A stretch of 64,000 bases of DNA from a virus. Position 1 is the stretch's first letter, and the number at the start of each line of letters is the position of its first letter. The stretch covers positions 18,660 through 82,659 of the IMG/VR virus record IMGVR_UViG_3300027779_002770, one strand, 5' to 3'. Below are positions 39,459 through 48,542 of the stretch, in pieces. The position numbers were made by a program, and so were the translations under genes. The notes under the pieces are model-generated. The model worked only from the letters and a program-made list of their open reading frames with translations, ran no database searches and had not been told where the DNA came from.

Positions 39459-39974
39459 ATGCCACAAAAGCCGGCGTCGTTTGAATATAACGGCACACTC
39501 ATTAAAGTTTTAGATGGAGATACAATAGATTGTTTTATTGATTTAGGTTTCGATTTAAAAATAAAGAAAAGAATTAGATACATGGGTATCGATACTTGGG
39601 AAAGTAGAACAAGAGATTTAGATGAGAAAGCAAAAGGACTGTTAGCAAAAGCTCGTAATAAAGAATTGCTAGAGGCTGGAGTTTTTAAAATCATATCTCA
39701 TGGAACTGGTAAATTTGGCAGAGTACTTGGTGAAATATTTGTATCGCCAGATGCAGTAGGACATGCAGTATCAGAAGACATAGATAGAAGCTCAGATGGT
39801 CTTGTAAGCATCAATGATATTTTGATTGCTGAAGGTCATGCTTACGAATACTCAGGTGGAAAGAAGAAAGACTTTAAAGCTGAAATAGCAAAAGAAAAGG
39901 CAGCTAAGAAAGAAGACTTAATTGACAAGCCAGCAGAAGAAGCAGAATCGAAAGACAATTCACAAGAGGTATAA
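39459..39974 (+). CDS. thermonuclease (SNase)-fold nuclease
   Basis: VLDGDTID, RIR..GIDT.E, GKFGRVLG, L..EGHA. Confidence 0.85.
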   Translation: MPQKPASFEYNGTLIKVLDGDTIDCFIDLGFDLKIKKRIRYMGIDTWESRTRDLDEKAKGLLAKARNKELLEAGVFKIISHGTGKFGRVLGEIFVSPDAVGHAVSEDIDRSSDGLVSINDILIAEGHAYEYSGGKKKDFKAEIAKEKAAKKEDLIDKPAEEAESKDNSQEV

Positions 39975-39989
39975 AAGCAAACAAATACC

Positions 39990-40018
39990 TTTCATTTGTG
40001 GCAAATAAGTATTAGATT
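39990..40018 (+). promoter_or_regulatory. sigma70-like promoter TTTCAT-N17-TAGATT, probably leaderless
   Basis: 35-bp identity with 63042-63076; ATG 5 nt after the -10 box. Confidence 0.65.
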
Positions 40019-40023
40019 CTTAT

Positions 40024-40269
40024 ATGACAACATATTACATTAAGATGGAAGGTGACTCTAATCATGAGTTACAATTCGATAGCAATATATTAGGCAATGA
40101 AAGCTTTGGTACATTTTATACTGAAAGAGGTGTGAAAGCATTAATTAATATAATAGCAACTCAACCAGAGGTTATTGACACTATAAAGATAGTCACTGAC
40201 AAAGGTGAGGAATTTACAATTACAGAGTTCATTGATAAGTTAAATGAGCTCAAGGTTTTGTTTAATTAA
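40024..40269 (+). CDS. hypothetical protein
   Basis: 81-aa ORF directly after the promoter. Confidence 0.6.
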   Translation: MTTYYIKMEGDSNHELQFDSNILGNESFGTFYTERGVKALINIIATQPEVIDTIKIVTDKGEEFTITEFIDKLNELKVLFN

Positions 40270-40414
40270 GGAGCGGTAGCTGTGAGTCAACATTGGACAA
40301 GATATATTGAAGATATAGAGCATGAAAATGATCGTGAACACGTTAAATCACGTAAACACAAAAAACAAAAACTTAATCATAAACAAGCCAAGCAGCTCAA
40401 GGAGGCTAAGCGAA

Positions 40415-40936
40415 ATGGTATTAAATACCCTAAAAAACATAAGCGTTAGTGCGCTTTTAATATTAATAGTTGGTTGTGAATTACCAACTACACCGAATGA
40501 ACCAGTTGATGATTTACATGGCACAACTTTTGTTGAAGTTGAAGCCATTGATGAAATCGAATTGCATGATGGTACATATCAAACTCTTTATACGATGTGG
40601 GGACTCATGTGGTCAGAGTCTTATGATGTAACACATACTCGAATTGAATGGGAGTCTAATATGTACTGGAAGGTATATGATACAGATGGATATTTTAAGG
40701 TAGACTGCCGAGGATGTACGTCTGGAACTTGGTATGATGGTGATGGCAGCACTGCGCAAGAGACACTTGATTTACATACAATGGCTCCTGTTACAAATCA
40801 AGTTTCTTTAGTCAATGGGGATGGTGAATTTTATAATGTGCTAGCACCTGTAACTTCTATGAACGGAAAATATATGTTACTTTGGTGGTCAACAGCTGAT
40901 GCTGTAATTGACTCACAAATGATATACATAAATTAG
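40415..40936 (+). CDS. putative lipoprotein
   Basis: Start moved to ATG 40415 after AAGGAGG; hydrophobic stretch and lipobox IVGC. Confidence 0.6.
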   Translation: MVLNTLKNISVSALLILIVGCELPTTPNEPVDDLHGTTFVEVEAIDEIELHDGTYQTLYTMWGLMWSESYDVTHTRIEWESNMYWKVYDTDGYFKVDCRGCTSGTWYDGDGSTAQETLDLHTMAPVTNQVSLVNGDGEFYNVLAPVTSMNGKYMLLWWSTADAVIDSQMIYIN

Positions 40937-40942
40937 AGAGGA

Positions 40943-41497
40943 ATGCTAATGAAACAAATAGGCAGTGGAATAATATGTGCATGCATTTTTGTATTTATAT
41001 CATATTCTATAATGCACATGTCAAAGATAAATGATAAAGTAGATGAATGGGAAAAGTCTTATAAGCTCATAGAGCAAGATGTGTCTGCATTTATTAAAGT
41101 TTCAGATCCAAAAACAATTCGATTGTATGTTAATGAATTAAATAAGATATTAGATGAGATACATTTTCTTGGAAAACTTATTGAGAATGGACAGTTAGCA
41201 GATGACGGACTTACAGCGATATTAAATCAGCAGTCCGAACTGAACAAGAAGATTCTAGAGATGGTAACACTGAAAGCTCATAATAAAACTAGAGATGAGA
41301 TTGAAGATCTATCCGATCGAACTGTAGGTGCCTTAGATCAGACATATGAAGACATGATGGACATTGATAACAAGTTAGATAAGACAAATAAAAAGATTCA
41401 TAAACAATTAGATGGTATACAGGATGAGATTAATGATATCAAAGGTATATTAAAGACTATGAGCAAAAAGAAATTTTTTCATACGCATAAGGATTAG
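40943..41497 (+). CDS. membrane-anchored coiled-coil protein
   Basis: N-terminal TM segment and heptad-rich body. Confidence 0.6.
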   Translation: MLMKQIGSGIICACIFVFISYSIMHMSKINDKVDEWEKSYKLIEQDVSAFIKVSDPKTIRLYVNELNKILDEIHFLGKLIENGQLADDGLTAILNQQSELNKKILEMVTLKAHNKTRDEIEDLSDRTVGALDQTYEDMMDIDNKLDKTNKKIHKQLDGIQDEINDIKGILKTMSKKKFFHTHKD

Positions 41498-41504
41498 GTA
41501 AAAA

Positions 41505-41651
41505 ATGGCAAAAGCAAAATCAATTACAACAATAGGAAAACCAACTACAACCAAAAAAAAGACACGACAAGGCATGGGTAGAGGGACAAAATTTAATACA
41601 ACTCCTACAAGTAAAAGATTCAAAAAAAAATATAGAGGACAAGGAAAATAA
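41505..41651 (+). CDS. small basic phage protein (48 aa)
   Basis: MAKAK...KKKTRQGMGRG...KKKYRGQGK; fills the intergenic gap. Confidence 0.6.
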   Translation: MAKAKSITTIGKPTTTKKKTRQGMGRGTKFNTTPTSKRFKKKYRGQGK

Positions 41652-41652
41652 A

Positions 41653-41844
41653 GTGGAAAAATTAATTAAAGAATTTCTAGACAAATATAAGAAAACTGAT
41701 GTGCCAAACGATCAATTAGCTAAACTATTAATGACAACTATAAGAACAAATAAAGGTGGATGGCTAATGGATTTAAATAGACTTGCCGGAAGACCAGAAG
41801 CTGATGCGGCATTTATACAGATGGCTGAGGAGGACTGGCGATGA
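41653..41844 (+). CDS. hypothetical protein
   Basis: GTG start after AAGGA; coupled to the next ORF. Confidence 0.45.
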   Translation: MEKLIKEFLDKYKKTDVPNDQLAKLLMTTIRTNKGGWLMDLNRLAGRPEADAAFIQMAEEDWR

Positions 41845-42098
41845 AGTATGTGTTAGTGGATAATCATGACAATATCGTCCACACAGTTAGCTTACCTACT
41901 GAATATACTCAAGAAGAAGCACGATTATATTTTTTAAATTTAAAAAAAATAGATGACAAGTCCTTTGATGAGTTGTGGAAAGTTCATTCTTCAGAAGAAT
42001 GGAAAAATATTCAACATGCTCACCAAAGACCTCCATCATCATCTCCAAACAGGGATTGGTGGAAAGAAGAAGAGCCATGGTTAGATTTAGAAAAATGA
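41841..42098 (+). CDS. hypothetical protein
   Basis: SD GGAGG; ATGA-coupled at both ends. Confidence 0.55.
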   Translation: MKYVLVDNHDNIVHTVSLPTEYTQEEARLYFLNLKKIDDKSFDELWKVHSSEEWKNIQHAHQRPPSSSPNRDWWKEEEPWLDLEK

Positions 42099-42985
42099 TG
42101 AAAACATTTATAAGAAAACTCATATTTTGGTTTTGTATTTGTACAACATTTGTAGATGCTCAAACCTACACAGTAGGTGATATTGTAGATAATTTTGGTG
42201 CAGAGGCATGTGTTAACGGAGAAGGTTACTGGGATTACGATACAGATGGTTTAAACAAAATTGTATGGTTAAACTTATTCACATCATGGTGACCAAGTTG
42301 TCAAGCGGAGGCTCCGTTGTCAGAATTTATTCACCAATCATATCAAGACTTACCAGTAACAGTAATAGCCGCCGGAAGTGATTGGTCAACTTATAGTTGT
42401 GAGGGATGGGCAAATGCATTTGGAATAACGTATCCGATATTGGATGATGATGTTGGTACTATCTATCCCTTGTTTGGAACTGGATACATACCACACAATA
42501 TTGTAATCGATGGAAGCGGTGTAGTTTTATATTCCCAATCAGGTTTTAATCAAGATGCCATTCTTGCTGCAATACAAGAGGGATTATCTTATCTTGAAGT
42601 GGATACTGATAGTGATGGTCTATTAGATGAGTACGATAATTGTCCAGAAGATTACAACCCGAACCAAGATGATATTGATAATGATGGAGATGGAGATGCT
42701 TGTGATCAATGTAATAACTTAATATTTACTGGTGGTAATATTGATGGTAACGAAAGTATAGATATAATAGATGTACTAATGTTAGTAGATGTTATTTTAG
42801 GTGAGAATGAATATATTTGTTCATTCGAGGCGGGTGATATAACACAAGACGGATTTTTAAATGTTATGGATGTTATAGGTTTAATTCAAATAATAATGGG
42901 TAGTACTGAATCTCAAGCGATGATATGGATAGAAAAGAGCTTCGAATACATCCCAATGAACACAATCACTATTGATACACTTTGA
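42095..42985 (+). CDS. secreted thioredoxin-fold (TlpA/AhpC-like) selenoprotein with UxxC, TSP3-like Ca-binding repeats and dockerin-like domain
   Basis: In-frame TGA at 42290 gives FTSW-U-PSCQAE and joins two ORF-track ORFs; YIPHN.VID..G; DTDSDG..D..DNCP...NP.Q.D.D.DG.GDACD; GNIDGN..IDIIDV and GDITQDG.LNVMDV. Confidence 0.85.
42299..42322 (+). promoter_or_regulatory. bacterial SECIS-like hairpin
   Basis: TG-T-CAA-G-CGGA[GGC]TCCG-TTG-T-CA; G-led apical loop 17 nt after the TGA. Confidence 0.6.
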
Positions 42986-43116
42986 ATCATATTGTTACAC
43001 TAATAACACAATGTTACACTATATGTTATACTATAAAATATTTAAAATCAAAAGTTATGTTCAATAATATTGATACTTATAGAGTATTTTAAAATACTTT
43101 ACAAAATCAGCAGGGT

Positions 43117-43132
43117 TTGGCATAGTTTTTTC
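43117..43132 (+). promoter_or_regulatory. sigma54-like -24/-12 promoter upstream of the pilin operon
   Basis: TTGGCATAGTTTTTTC: -24 GG matches, -12 is TC instead of GC; TGTTA-N6-TAACA at 42993-43008. Confidence 0.45.
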
Positions 43133-43177
43133 CTTATATAGTATGTAAACACTAATTAATTCTTAAAGGAGAAGAAA

Positions 43178-43834
43178 ATGTTTAACAATTTAATGAAAAA
43201 AATAAAGAATAACAGAGGTAATTCACTTGCTGAATTCGCTGTTGTTACTGCAATGATGGCTACGATGGCTACTACTGCCGCCCCAAAATTTGGTGCTGTT
43301 GGTGATTCTGCTAAATCTAAAACATCAATTGCTAATCTAGATAAAATCAAGTCTGCAGCTAATAACTTTTATAACGCTGCTGTGTCTGAAGAAGGTCGTG
43401 GAAGATTTCCAGGACAAACTAAGTATGATGTAAAAGTTGGTGGATTTGATTTACCTGCTGAGACTACTACGGATATGGCATTGGAATTGTATTTAGAAAC
43501 TATTCTAAATTCTTATGAAGGATATGAAGCTGACTTAACTGATTTCGTATATGTATTCTCAACTTCAATAACTGATGAAGATGCTCTACAAGGTGATTGG
43601 ATGAGTGTTGATAATGATGGTGCACACCAGATAGATGCTGGATTTGATGAAGATGGTGCTTTAGATTTCAAAGAAAACTTTGGTAACTCAGGTATCTCAT
43701 CTCCGTTTCAGGATGGTGCTTACATCTATCTTGTTATACCAGGAAGTGGTAGTGGTTCAGACGCTCAAGCTCCTTGTATGATTATAGCAGATGCTGAGAA
43801 TCCTGCTGAAATGTACAAAGTATTAACACCTTAA
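43178..43834 (+). CDS. atypical type IV pilin-like protein
   Basis: Basic leader then G|NSLAEFAVV with E5, hydrophobic helix, Pro22, later GRFPG. Confidence 0.75.
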   Translation: MFNNLMKKIKNNRGNSLAEFAVVTAMMATMATTAAPKFGAVGDSAKSKTSIANLDKIKSAANNFYNAAVSEEGRGRFPGQTKYDVKVGGFDLPAETTTDMALELYLETILNSYEGYEADLTDFVYVFSTSITDEDALQGDWMSVDNDGAHQIDAGFDEDGALDFKENFGNSGISSPFQDGAYIYLVIPGSGSGSDAQAPCMIIADAENPAEMYKVLTP

Positions 43835-43849
43835 TTTTGTGAAAGGAGA

Positions 43850-44281
43850 ATGACAATGAGAAATAACAAAGGATTTACCCTTATTGAATTAATAATGGTT
43901 ACAATCATATTAGGTATTCTTGCTGCTGTCGCTATCCCTCGGTACATGACAACAGTTGCTAAAGCCGAATCGGCTGCAGAAAATGCAGTAATAGGTTCTA
44001 TATTGGCTGGTTTAGAAGTCTTTGCTACAGAACAATTGATGGATAATGGTCGAAGATCATGGCCTGATAATCCATTTGACGGTTTGGACACAAAGCCAAA
44101 TGGTTACACTACAGATGCAACTGATGCTAATGTTGACGGGGAGTGGACATTTAATACCACTTCACTAAAAATTACACATCAACGTCTTGATAATTCACGT
44201 GTTGGCTGGGTTTATGCTAAAGGCACACAAACAGGAGATGCTGCTAACGTGGGTACTCTCGGTGCTAGAGCAACTTTGTAG
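43850..44281 (+). CDS. type IV pilin
   Basis: KG|FTLIELIMVTIILGILAAVAIPRY class III signal peptide. Confidence 0.92.
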   Translation: MTMRNNKGFTLIELIMVTIILGILAAVAIPRYMTTVAKAESAAENAVIGSILAGLEVFATEQLMDNGRRSWPDNPFDGLDTKPNGYTTDATDANVDGEWTFNTTSLKITHQRLDNSRVGWVYAKGTQTGDAANVGTLGARATL

Positions 44282-44293
44282 AGGAGACTACTT

Positions 44294-44731
44294 ATGAATA
44301 ACTCTGCTGGATTCACTTTAGCGGAATTAGTCGTAACTATCGTATTGGTGGGGATACTTGCAGCAGCAGCTATCCCCACTTTTAATAATGTGATGGTATC
44401 AACTCAACTCCAAATAAACAAATCAAATATGGAAAGTATAAAGAATGCCTTTATGCGGTATTATTTTGTAACTCAAAATGATCCTCCACCAATACCAGAA
44501 AACCATTTGCTAGATTCAGAATACAAAGATTTAGTTTTACCTGACGGTAGAACACCCGATAATTTATTTAATGGTAAAGCTGGTTTACCTTATAATAGCA
44601 ATGGAGACCCTTATAGTTATTACCTAGAGAACGACACAAATTCCACAGGATTTGTAACACGGACAATAATAATAAAAGATATGAATACAGATAGCCCGTC
44701 ATACGAGGAATATGTAATCGGAGGGATTTAA
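44294..44731 (+). CDS. type IV pilin / pseudopilin
   Basis: AG|FTLAELVVTIVLVGILAAAAIP. Confidence 0.9.
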   Translation: MNNSAGFTLAELVVTIVLVGILAAAAIPTFNNVMVSTQLQINKSNMESIKNAFMRYYFVTQNDPPPIPENHLLDSEYKDLVLPDGRTPDNLFNGKAGLPYNSNGDPYSYYLENDTNSTGFVTRTIIIKDMNTDSPSYEEYVIGGI

Positions 44732-45126
44732 TGAACAGAGGATATACGCTGATCGAAATGGTCGTAGTTATTCTCATAATTGGTATTATGAGTGCAGTAG
44801 CAGTACCGAGATACCAAAGAATAATTGAATTAAAAGAATTAGAAGCTGAAACAGAATTTGTACATCAGATGTGGAAAGAATTAGAATTATATGCTGAAGA
44901 ACGATTTGTAGCAACAGGCACAGAGAGCTGGCCGGTAAATCCACTTTCTGTTTTAGGTCGCACAAGAGGTGTCATCGTTACTATGGACTTGGGAATACCC
45001 GATGAAGATAATGAATGGCAATTTGATGGAACTGACTTATTTCATAGGAGAAGGAACAATGAGACTTGGTATTTCAATTACACCCCTAGTAATTTTCATT
45101 TGTCTGAACTTCCAGTTAAGTTTTAG
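44731..45126 (+). CDS. type IV pilin / pseudopilin
   Basis: RG|YTLIEMVVVILIIGIMSAVAVPRY; WP.NP and W.F shared with the 43850 pilin. Confidence 0.9.
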   Translation: MNRGYTLIEMVVVILIIGIMSAVAVPRYQRIIELKELEAETEFVHQMWKELELYAEERFVATGTESWPVNPLSVLGRTRGVIVTMDLGIPDEDNEWQFDGTDLFHRRRNNETWYFNYTPSNFHLSELPVKF

Positions 45127-45442
45127 TCAAGATGAAGTTGACTTGGATTTTGATGCCATGTGGGATAATACTATATGGAACGAAATCGAAGATATAGCAG
45201 ATGAAGAAATACAAGAGGTAGATAACATAACAGCAACAGCTGGTGTTCGTGGAGCTGAAGCAGAAGATGAAGCGTTAGCACTATTGTATTATAGACGAAG
45301 TATGAAAGGACTATCCAAATTAGATTTACAAAAAGCATTAGGTAAGTTAATCATCAAGCGACAAAAGATGTCCGATGATAGCAATACAAAAAAGATAGAT
45401 GGTTATATTTTACAATTAAAAATAAAAATAAAGAAAGTATGA
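45059..45442 (+). CDS. secreted hypothetical protein
   Basis: Signal peptide from ATG 45059; TATAGVRG motif. Confidence 0.55.
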   Translation: MRLGISITPLVIFICLNFQLSFSQDEVDLDFDAMWDNTIWNEIEDIADEEIQEVDNITATAGVRGAEAEDEALALLYYRRSMKGLSKLDLQKALGKLIIKRQKMSDDSNTKKIDGYILQLKIKIKKV

Positions 45443-45882
45443 AAATTAATGAAGTTATAGAAGTTGGAATTGGTACATTAATCATTGTAATATTAAGCTC
45501 AGTATTAAACAAACATTTGAACACTGAAGCTGACAATAAGCCTGAAAATATAGAAGCTGCTTTTGATGATTATCCGTTAGTAGCATGGCCATCTACTCAA
45601 AAAAAATGGAATGGCGAAGAGGGTGATGTTATAAAAATTAAATATAGGGCTCAACATGAGAAGACGTTCATACAGGTACTAGATATTAATGGAAATGTCG
45701 TTCATAAGCAACCATACACTAGAAACCCATGGGAAGATGGCAGATACAGAGATTTTACATATCACTGGATGTTATATTATACAGAAGACTATGGACCTGA
45801 CATTCCACCGGGAGATTATCAAATACAGGTGTGTCACACCAATTCACTCAATGTTGATATGGTTCTGGATATATCAATTTAA
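45439..45882 (+). CDS. membrane-anchored protein with FlgD-like Ig domain
   Basis: N-terminal TM; I.V.DING.VV...W...PPGDY.I.V. Confidence 0.55.
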   Translation: MKINEVIEVGIGTLIIVILSSVLNKHLNTEADNKPENIEAAFDDYPLVAWPSTQKKWNGEEGDVIKIKYRAQHEKTFIQVLDINGNVVHKQPYTRNPWEDGRYRDFTYHWMLYYTEDYGPDIPPGDYQIQVCHTNSLNVDMVLDISI

Positions 45883-45892
45883 TCTTACAGAA

Positions 45893-45924
45893 ATGGGCCG
45901 CATTACACGGCCCATATCCTTTTT
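45893..45924. terminator. intrinsic terminator between convergent genes
   Basis: ATGGGCCG-CATTACA-CGGCCCAT 8-bp stem, then ATCCTTTTT. Confidence 0.7.
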
Positions 45925-45946
45925 AAACAGTTATACTGTTATTCCT

Positions 45947-46168
45947 TTATTTGCGGAACAATCCAACTAATACTAACATAGCAACTAAGCCAGCAAATCC
46001 GGAGGATCCGAATTTACTTATAATATTTGTTAGATTTCCAATAACATTTACACCGAAGATACCATTGCCGAAGAGGACTTCTGACATAGCACCAACCGCC
46101 ACAAAGGACATTAGTAGATGAACAAAGTCATCTATCCAATCCTTGACCATTGTGATAGTTTCTCTCAT
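45947..46168 (-). CDS. small membrane protein (only credible minus-strand gene)
   Basis: SD AAGGAG before ATG 46168; two hydrophobic segments; no + strand gene here. Confidence 0.7.
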   Translation of the reverse strand: MRETITMVKDWIDDFVHLLMSFVAVGAMSEVLFGNGIFGVNVIGNLTNIISKFGSSGFAGLVAMLVLVGLFRK

Positions 46169-46302
46169 GATGTTATTCTCCTTTTGTTCCAAAGAAAAAG
46201 AGGACTAACATAGCCCTCTTATGTTATCAATAAATAGTGTTATATATGTAAAAAAGTCTCCTGGACATTATCTTTTGCAATTAGGTTTAGATATATATTA
46301 AT

Positions 46303-46575
46303 ATGAAACATCACGATAATACTGAATTATTTTTAATTGATGGAAAACAATTAAATTTATCAATATGGTCAATTGAGCAGATGATGGACTTGTTCCAAGA
46401 AAACGAGAATATGCTTATTAAGCTTGGAAGATTAAGAGAATGCTTGATCAATAAAACTAGTTATACTGAGTTGCTTAATATACTAGGCATACCGCAAGCA
46501 CCATCTGCAAATGACGTATCTTGGACAGAATTCTTAAATGATTTTGGAATCAGCCCAGCAGAAAAGAATACATAA
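46303..46575 (+). CDS. hypothetical protein
   Basis: ORF directly after an ATATATATTA motif. Confidence 0.5.
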   Translation: MKHHDNTELFLIDGKQLNLSIWSIEQMMDLFQENENMLIKLGRLRECLINKTSYTELLNILGIPQAPSANDVSWTEFLNDFGISPAEKNT

Positions 46576-46589
46576 GTGAAAAAAGGCAA

Positions 46590-46658
46590 AAAAAAGCCTT
46601 TACTTTGTCGCGGATTATGCGTAGATTGTAACTCAATAAACAAGAGGTTACAATGAAA
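46590..46658 (+). repeat. promoter+RBS cassette repeat (similar copies at ~48991-49062 and ~60288-60356)
   Basis: AAAAAAGCCTTTACTTTGTCGCGGATTATG..TAGATT...ACAAGAGGTTACA near-identical in three places. Confidence 0.85.
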
Positions 46659-46997
46659 GCAGGATTAGACTATAGAACAATTGGAAGAAATGCAAAGGGA
46701 GAGCTGGAGTTTTTTTCTTCAAAACCAAAATTATCAATCACACCTAAAAGGGCTAATGGTAAGGGCTTGACCAGAGACGAAAAAGAGTACTCTTGGAATT
46801 GGTACCAAAACAATGCCAATCGCGTAAATGTTACAGATGCATTCATCAGGGCATTAAGAGAATTTTCAGGTAGAAAGGATGGCAAATCTACAGACTTGAA
46901 GATATTAAAGAGTTATTTTAGTTATGGTAATAATGAACAATCACGAGATGCATACATGAATCTTACATCATTAAGCTTGCTAGCTAATGCAAAATAA
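46653..46997 (+). CDS. hypothetical early protein
   Basis: First ORF after the repeated promoter cassette. Confidence 0.6.
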   Translation: MKAGLDYRTIGRNAKGELEFFSSKPKLSITPKRANGKGLTRDEKEYSWNWYQNNANRVNVTDAFIRALREFSGRKDGKSTDLKILKSYFSYGNNEQSRDAYMNLTSLSLLANAK

Positions 46998-47235
46998 AAT
47001 GAATTTAGCTGACTTACTTATGGAAAAATTCAATGGCACATTGATAGATGAGTACGGTATAGAACATTATAAGCTAAAAGGAAAGAAGCATGATATACAG
47101 AGGAATGACAGAAGAGACTGGTCATGCTCCTGTCCAGCATTCAGATGGCAAAAGAAATCTAAGAAATTAGGTTGTAAACATGTAAAAGAAGCAAAAATGA
47201 TGAGGTTCAATTGGCTAAGTACGCACCAGTATTAA
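46987..47235 (+). CDS. SWIM zinc-finger protein
   Basis: WSCSCP....CKH. Confidence 0.75.
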   Translation: MQNKMNLADLLMEKFNGTLIDEYGIEHYKLKGKKHDIQRNDRRDWSCSCPAFRWQKKSKKLGCKHVKEAKMMRFNWLSTHQY

Positions 47236-47711
47236 AAAAAGATCACAAGAACTTTAAGCTCGACAGGAAATGGCAGCAGTTGAGTCATATCTTAGATGAT
47301 GCAGCCTATTGGCCAGAGGGGTTAAGCGTAACATCGCTACGCCCTACTCGTGATGCACACACAACTAGTTATAAAAAATTTGTTATCGCTATGATGGTAG
47401 CAATTAAAAATGGCAGAAAAATTACTCCAAAAATGTCATCAGCGATTGATGGTATTATTAAGAGATACGTTAACAGTAAAGCACCAAATCCTGAACGTGA
47501 AGAAAGAATTGAAAAAATAATAAAAAAGTTAGATGCAGTAAGAAGGGAAATGTTTGAGGCAAGATATAAAGACCAATATCATAATTTCCTCTCAGGTCTT
47601 GCAACTTCAGCAATGAAGTTTGGTCAATTAACAAACAATCAAAAAATAGCCGTCAACAGACTTTATAAGAAGGCACGAAAGAAAAATGAAAAAGAACACA
47701 GTTATATTTGA
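47211..47711 (+). CDS. hypothetical basic protein
   Basis: TTG start after GAGGT. Confidence 0.5.
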   Translation: MAKYAPVLKKDHKNFKLDRKWQQLSHILDDAAYWPEGLSVTSLRPTRDAHTTSYKKFVIAMMVAIKNGRKITPKMSSAIDGIIKRYVNSKAPNPEREERIEKIIKKLDAVRREMFEARYKDQYHNFLSGLATSAMKFGQLTNNQKIAVNRLYKKARKKNEKEHSYI

Positions 47712-48189
47712 CTTAGATGGAACACTTGCTACTATTGAAGCTAGGAGAGCTAAATCCTTAACCAATGATAAAATGGATTGGGATGTATTTTTTAATGCTG
47801 AGAATATTCAACTTGACTTACCTAACAAACCAGTTATTAAGATGGCTCAATTGCTTAAACAAGATGGGTTTGAAATCGTTATCTTCTCCGGAAGAAATGA
47901 TAGAAGTTTCTTTGCTACTAAAGATTGGTTGAAGGTCAACAAAGTTCCATTTGATTTGTTAGTTATGAGACCTGATAAATTTCAATCAAATTCATGGCCT
48001 GTTGCTGATGGAAATCCAGCTACTAAAGAAATGAGGTTTATGCCTGATGAGCTTCTCAAAAAAGAAATGTTAGATACTTTTGTAAATATAGATGAAGTTT
48101 TTCTTGTGGTTGATGATAGAGATAAGGTTGTCAAGATGTGGAGAGATCTAGGATTAAATACTTTTCAGGTCAATTTTGGGAATTTTTAA
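47686..48189 (+). CDS. HAD-family phosphatase (T4 PseT/PNK 3'-phosphatase-like)
   Basis: IFDLDGTLA, FSGR, LVMRP, VDDRDKVV.MW. Confidence 0.85.
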   Translation: MKKNTVIFDLDGTLATIEARRAKSLTNDKMDWDVFFNAENIQLDLPNKPVIKMAQLLKQDGFEIVIFSGRNDRSFFATKDWLKVNKVPFDLLVMRPDKFQSNSWPVADGNPATKEMRFMPDELLKKEMLDTFVNIDEVFLVVDDRDKVVKMWRDLGLNTFQVNFGNF

Positions 48190-48392
48190 AATGTCCAAAG
48201 TAAATATAAAATTATTAAATATTTCAGAAGAACAATATAATCACTATTATCAAAAGTGGTTGTATACCTTTGGAGGTGCACCGGATATTGTTTCATTAGA
48301 AAATTATATTAAAGCTTATAATGATGAGTTAGATGGCGATGTAGATATTTATTCCTCTTCTGTATGTCCGTGTATAATATGTGTAAATATTA

Positions 48393-48542
48393 ATGAGTAA
48401 GAAACCAAAAATTAAAAAAGAAAAATCAAAACCAAAAAGTAAGTATTCTGATGCCGGTAAGGGCGACAAAAGCAGAGTAGATAACCTTAGCAAGTACGCT
48501 GAGAATTGGGAAAAGATTTTTGGAAAAAAGGATGACAAATGA
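48393..48542 (+). CDS. small phage protein (49 aa)
   Basis: ..AGKGDKSR....YAENWEKIF; fills the gap, ATGA-coupled to the next ORF. Confidence 0.5.
   Translation: MSKKPKIKKEKSKPKSKYSDAGKGDKSRVDNLSKYAENWEKIFGKKDDK

Noticed and set aside
41975-42985. Two separate genes or a pseudogene at the selenoprotein locus
   Set aside because: Same frame, the stop falls on the catalytic Cys position, and a SECIS-like hairpin follows.
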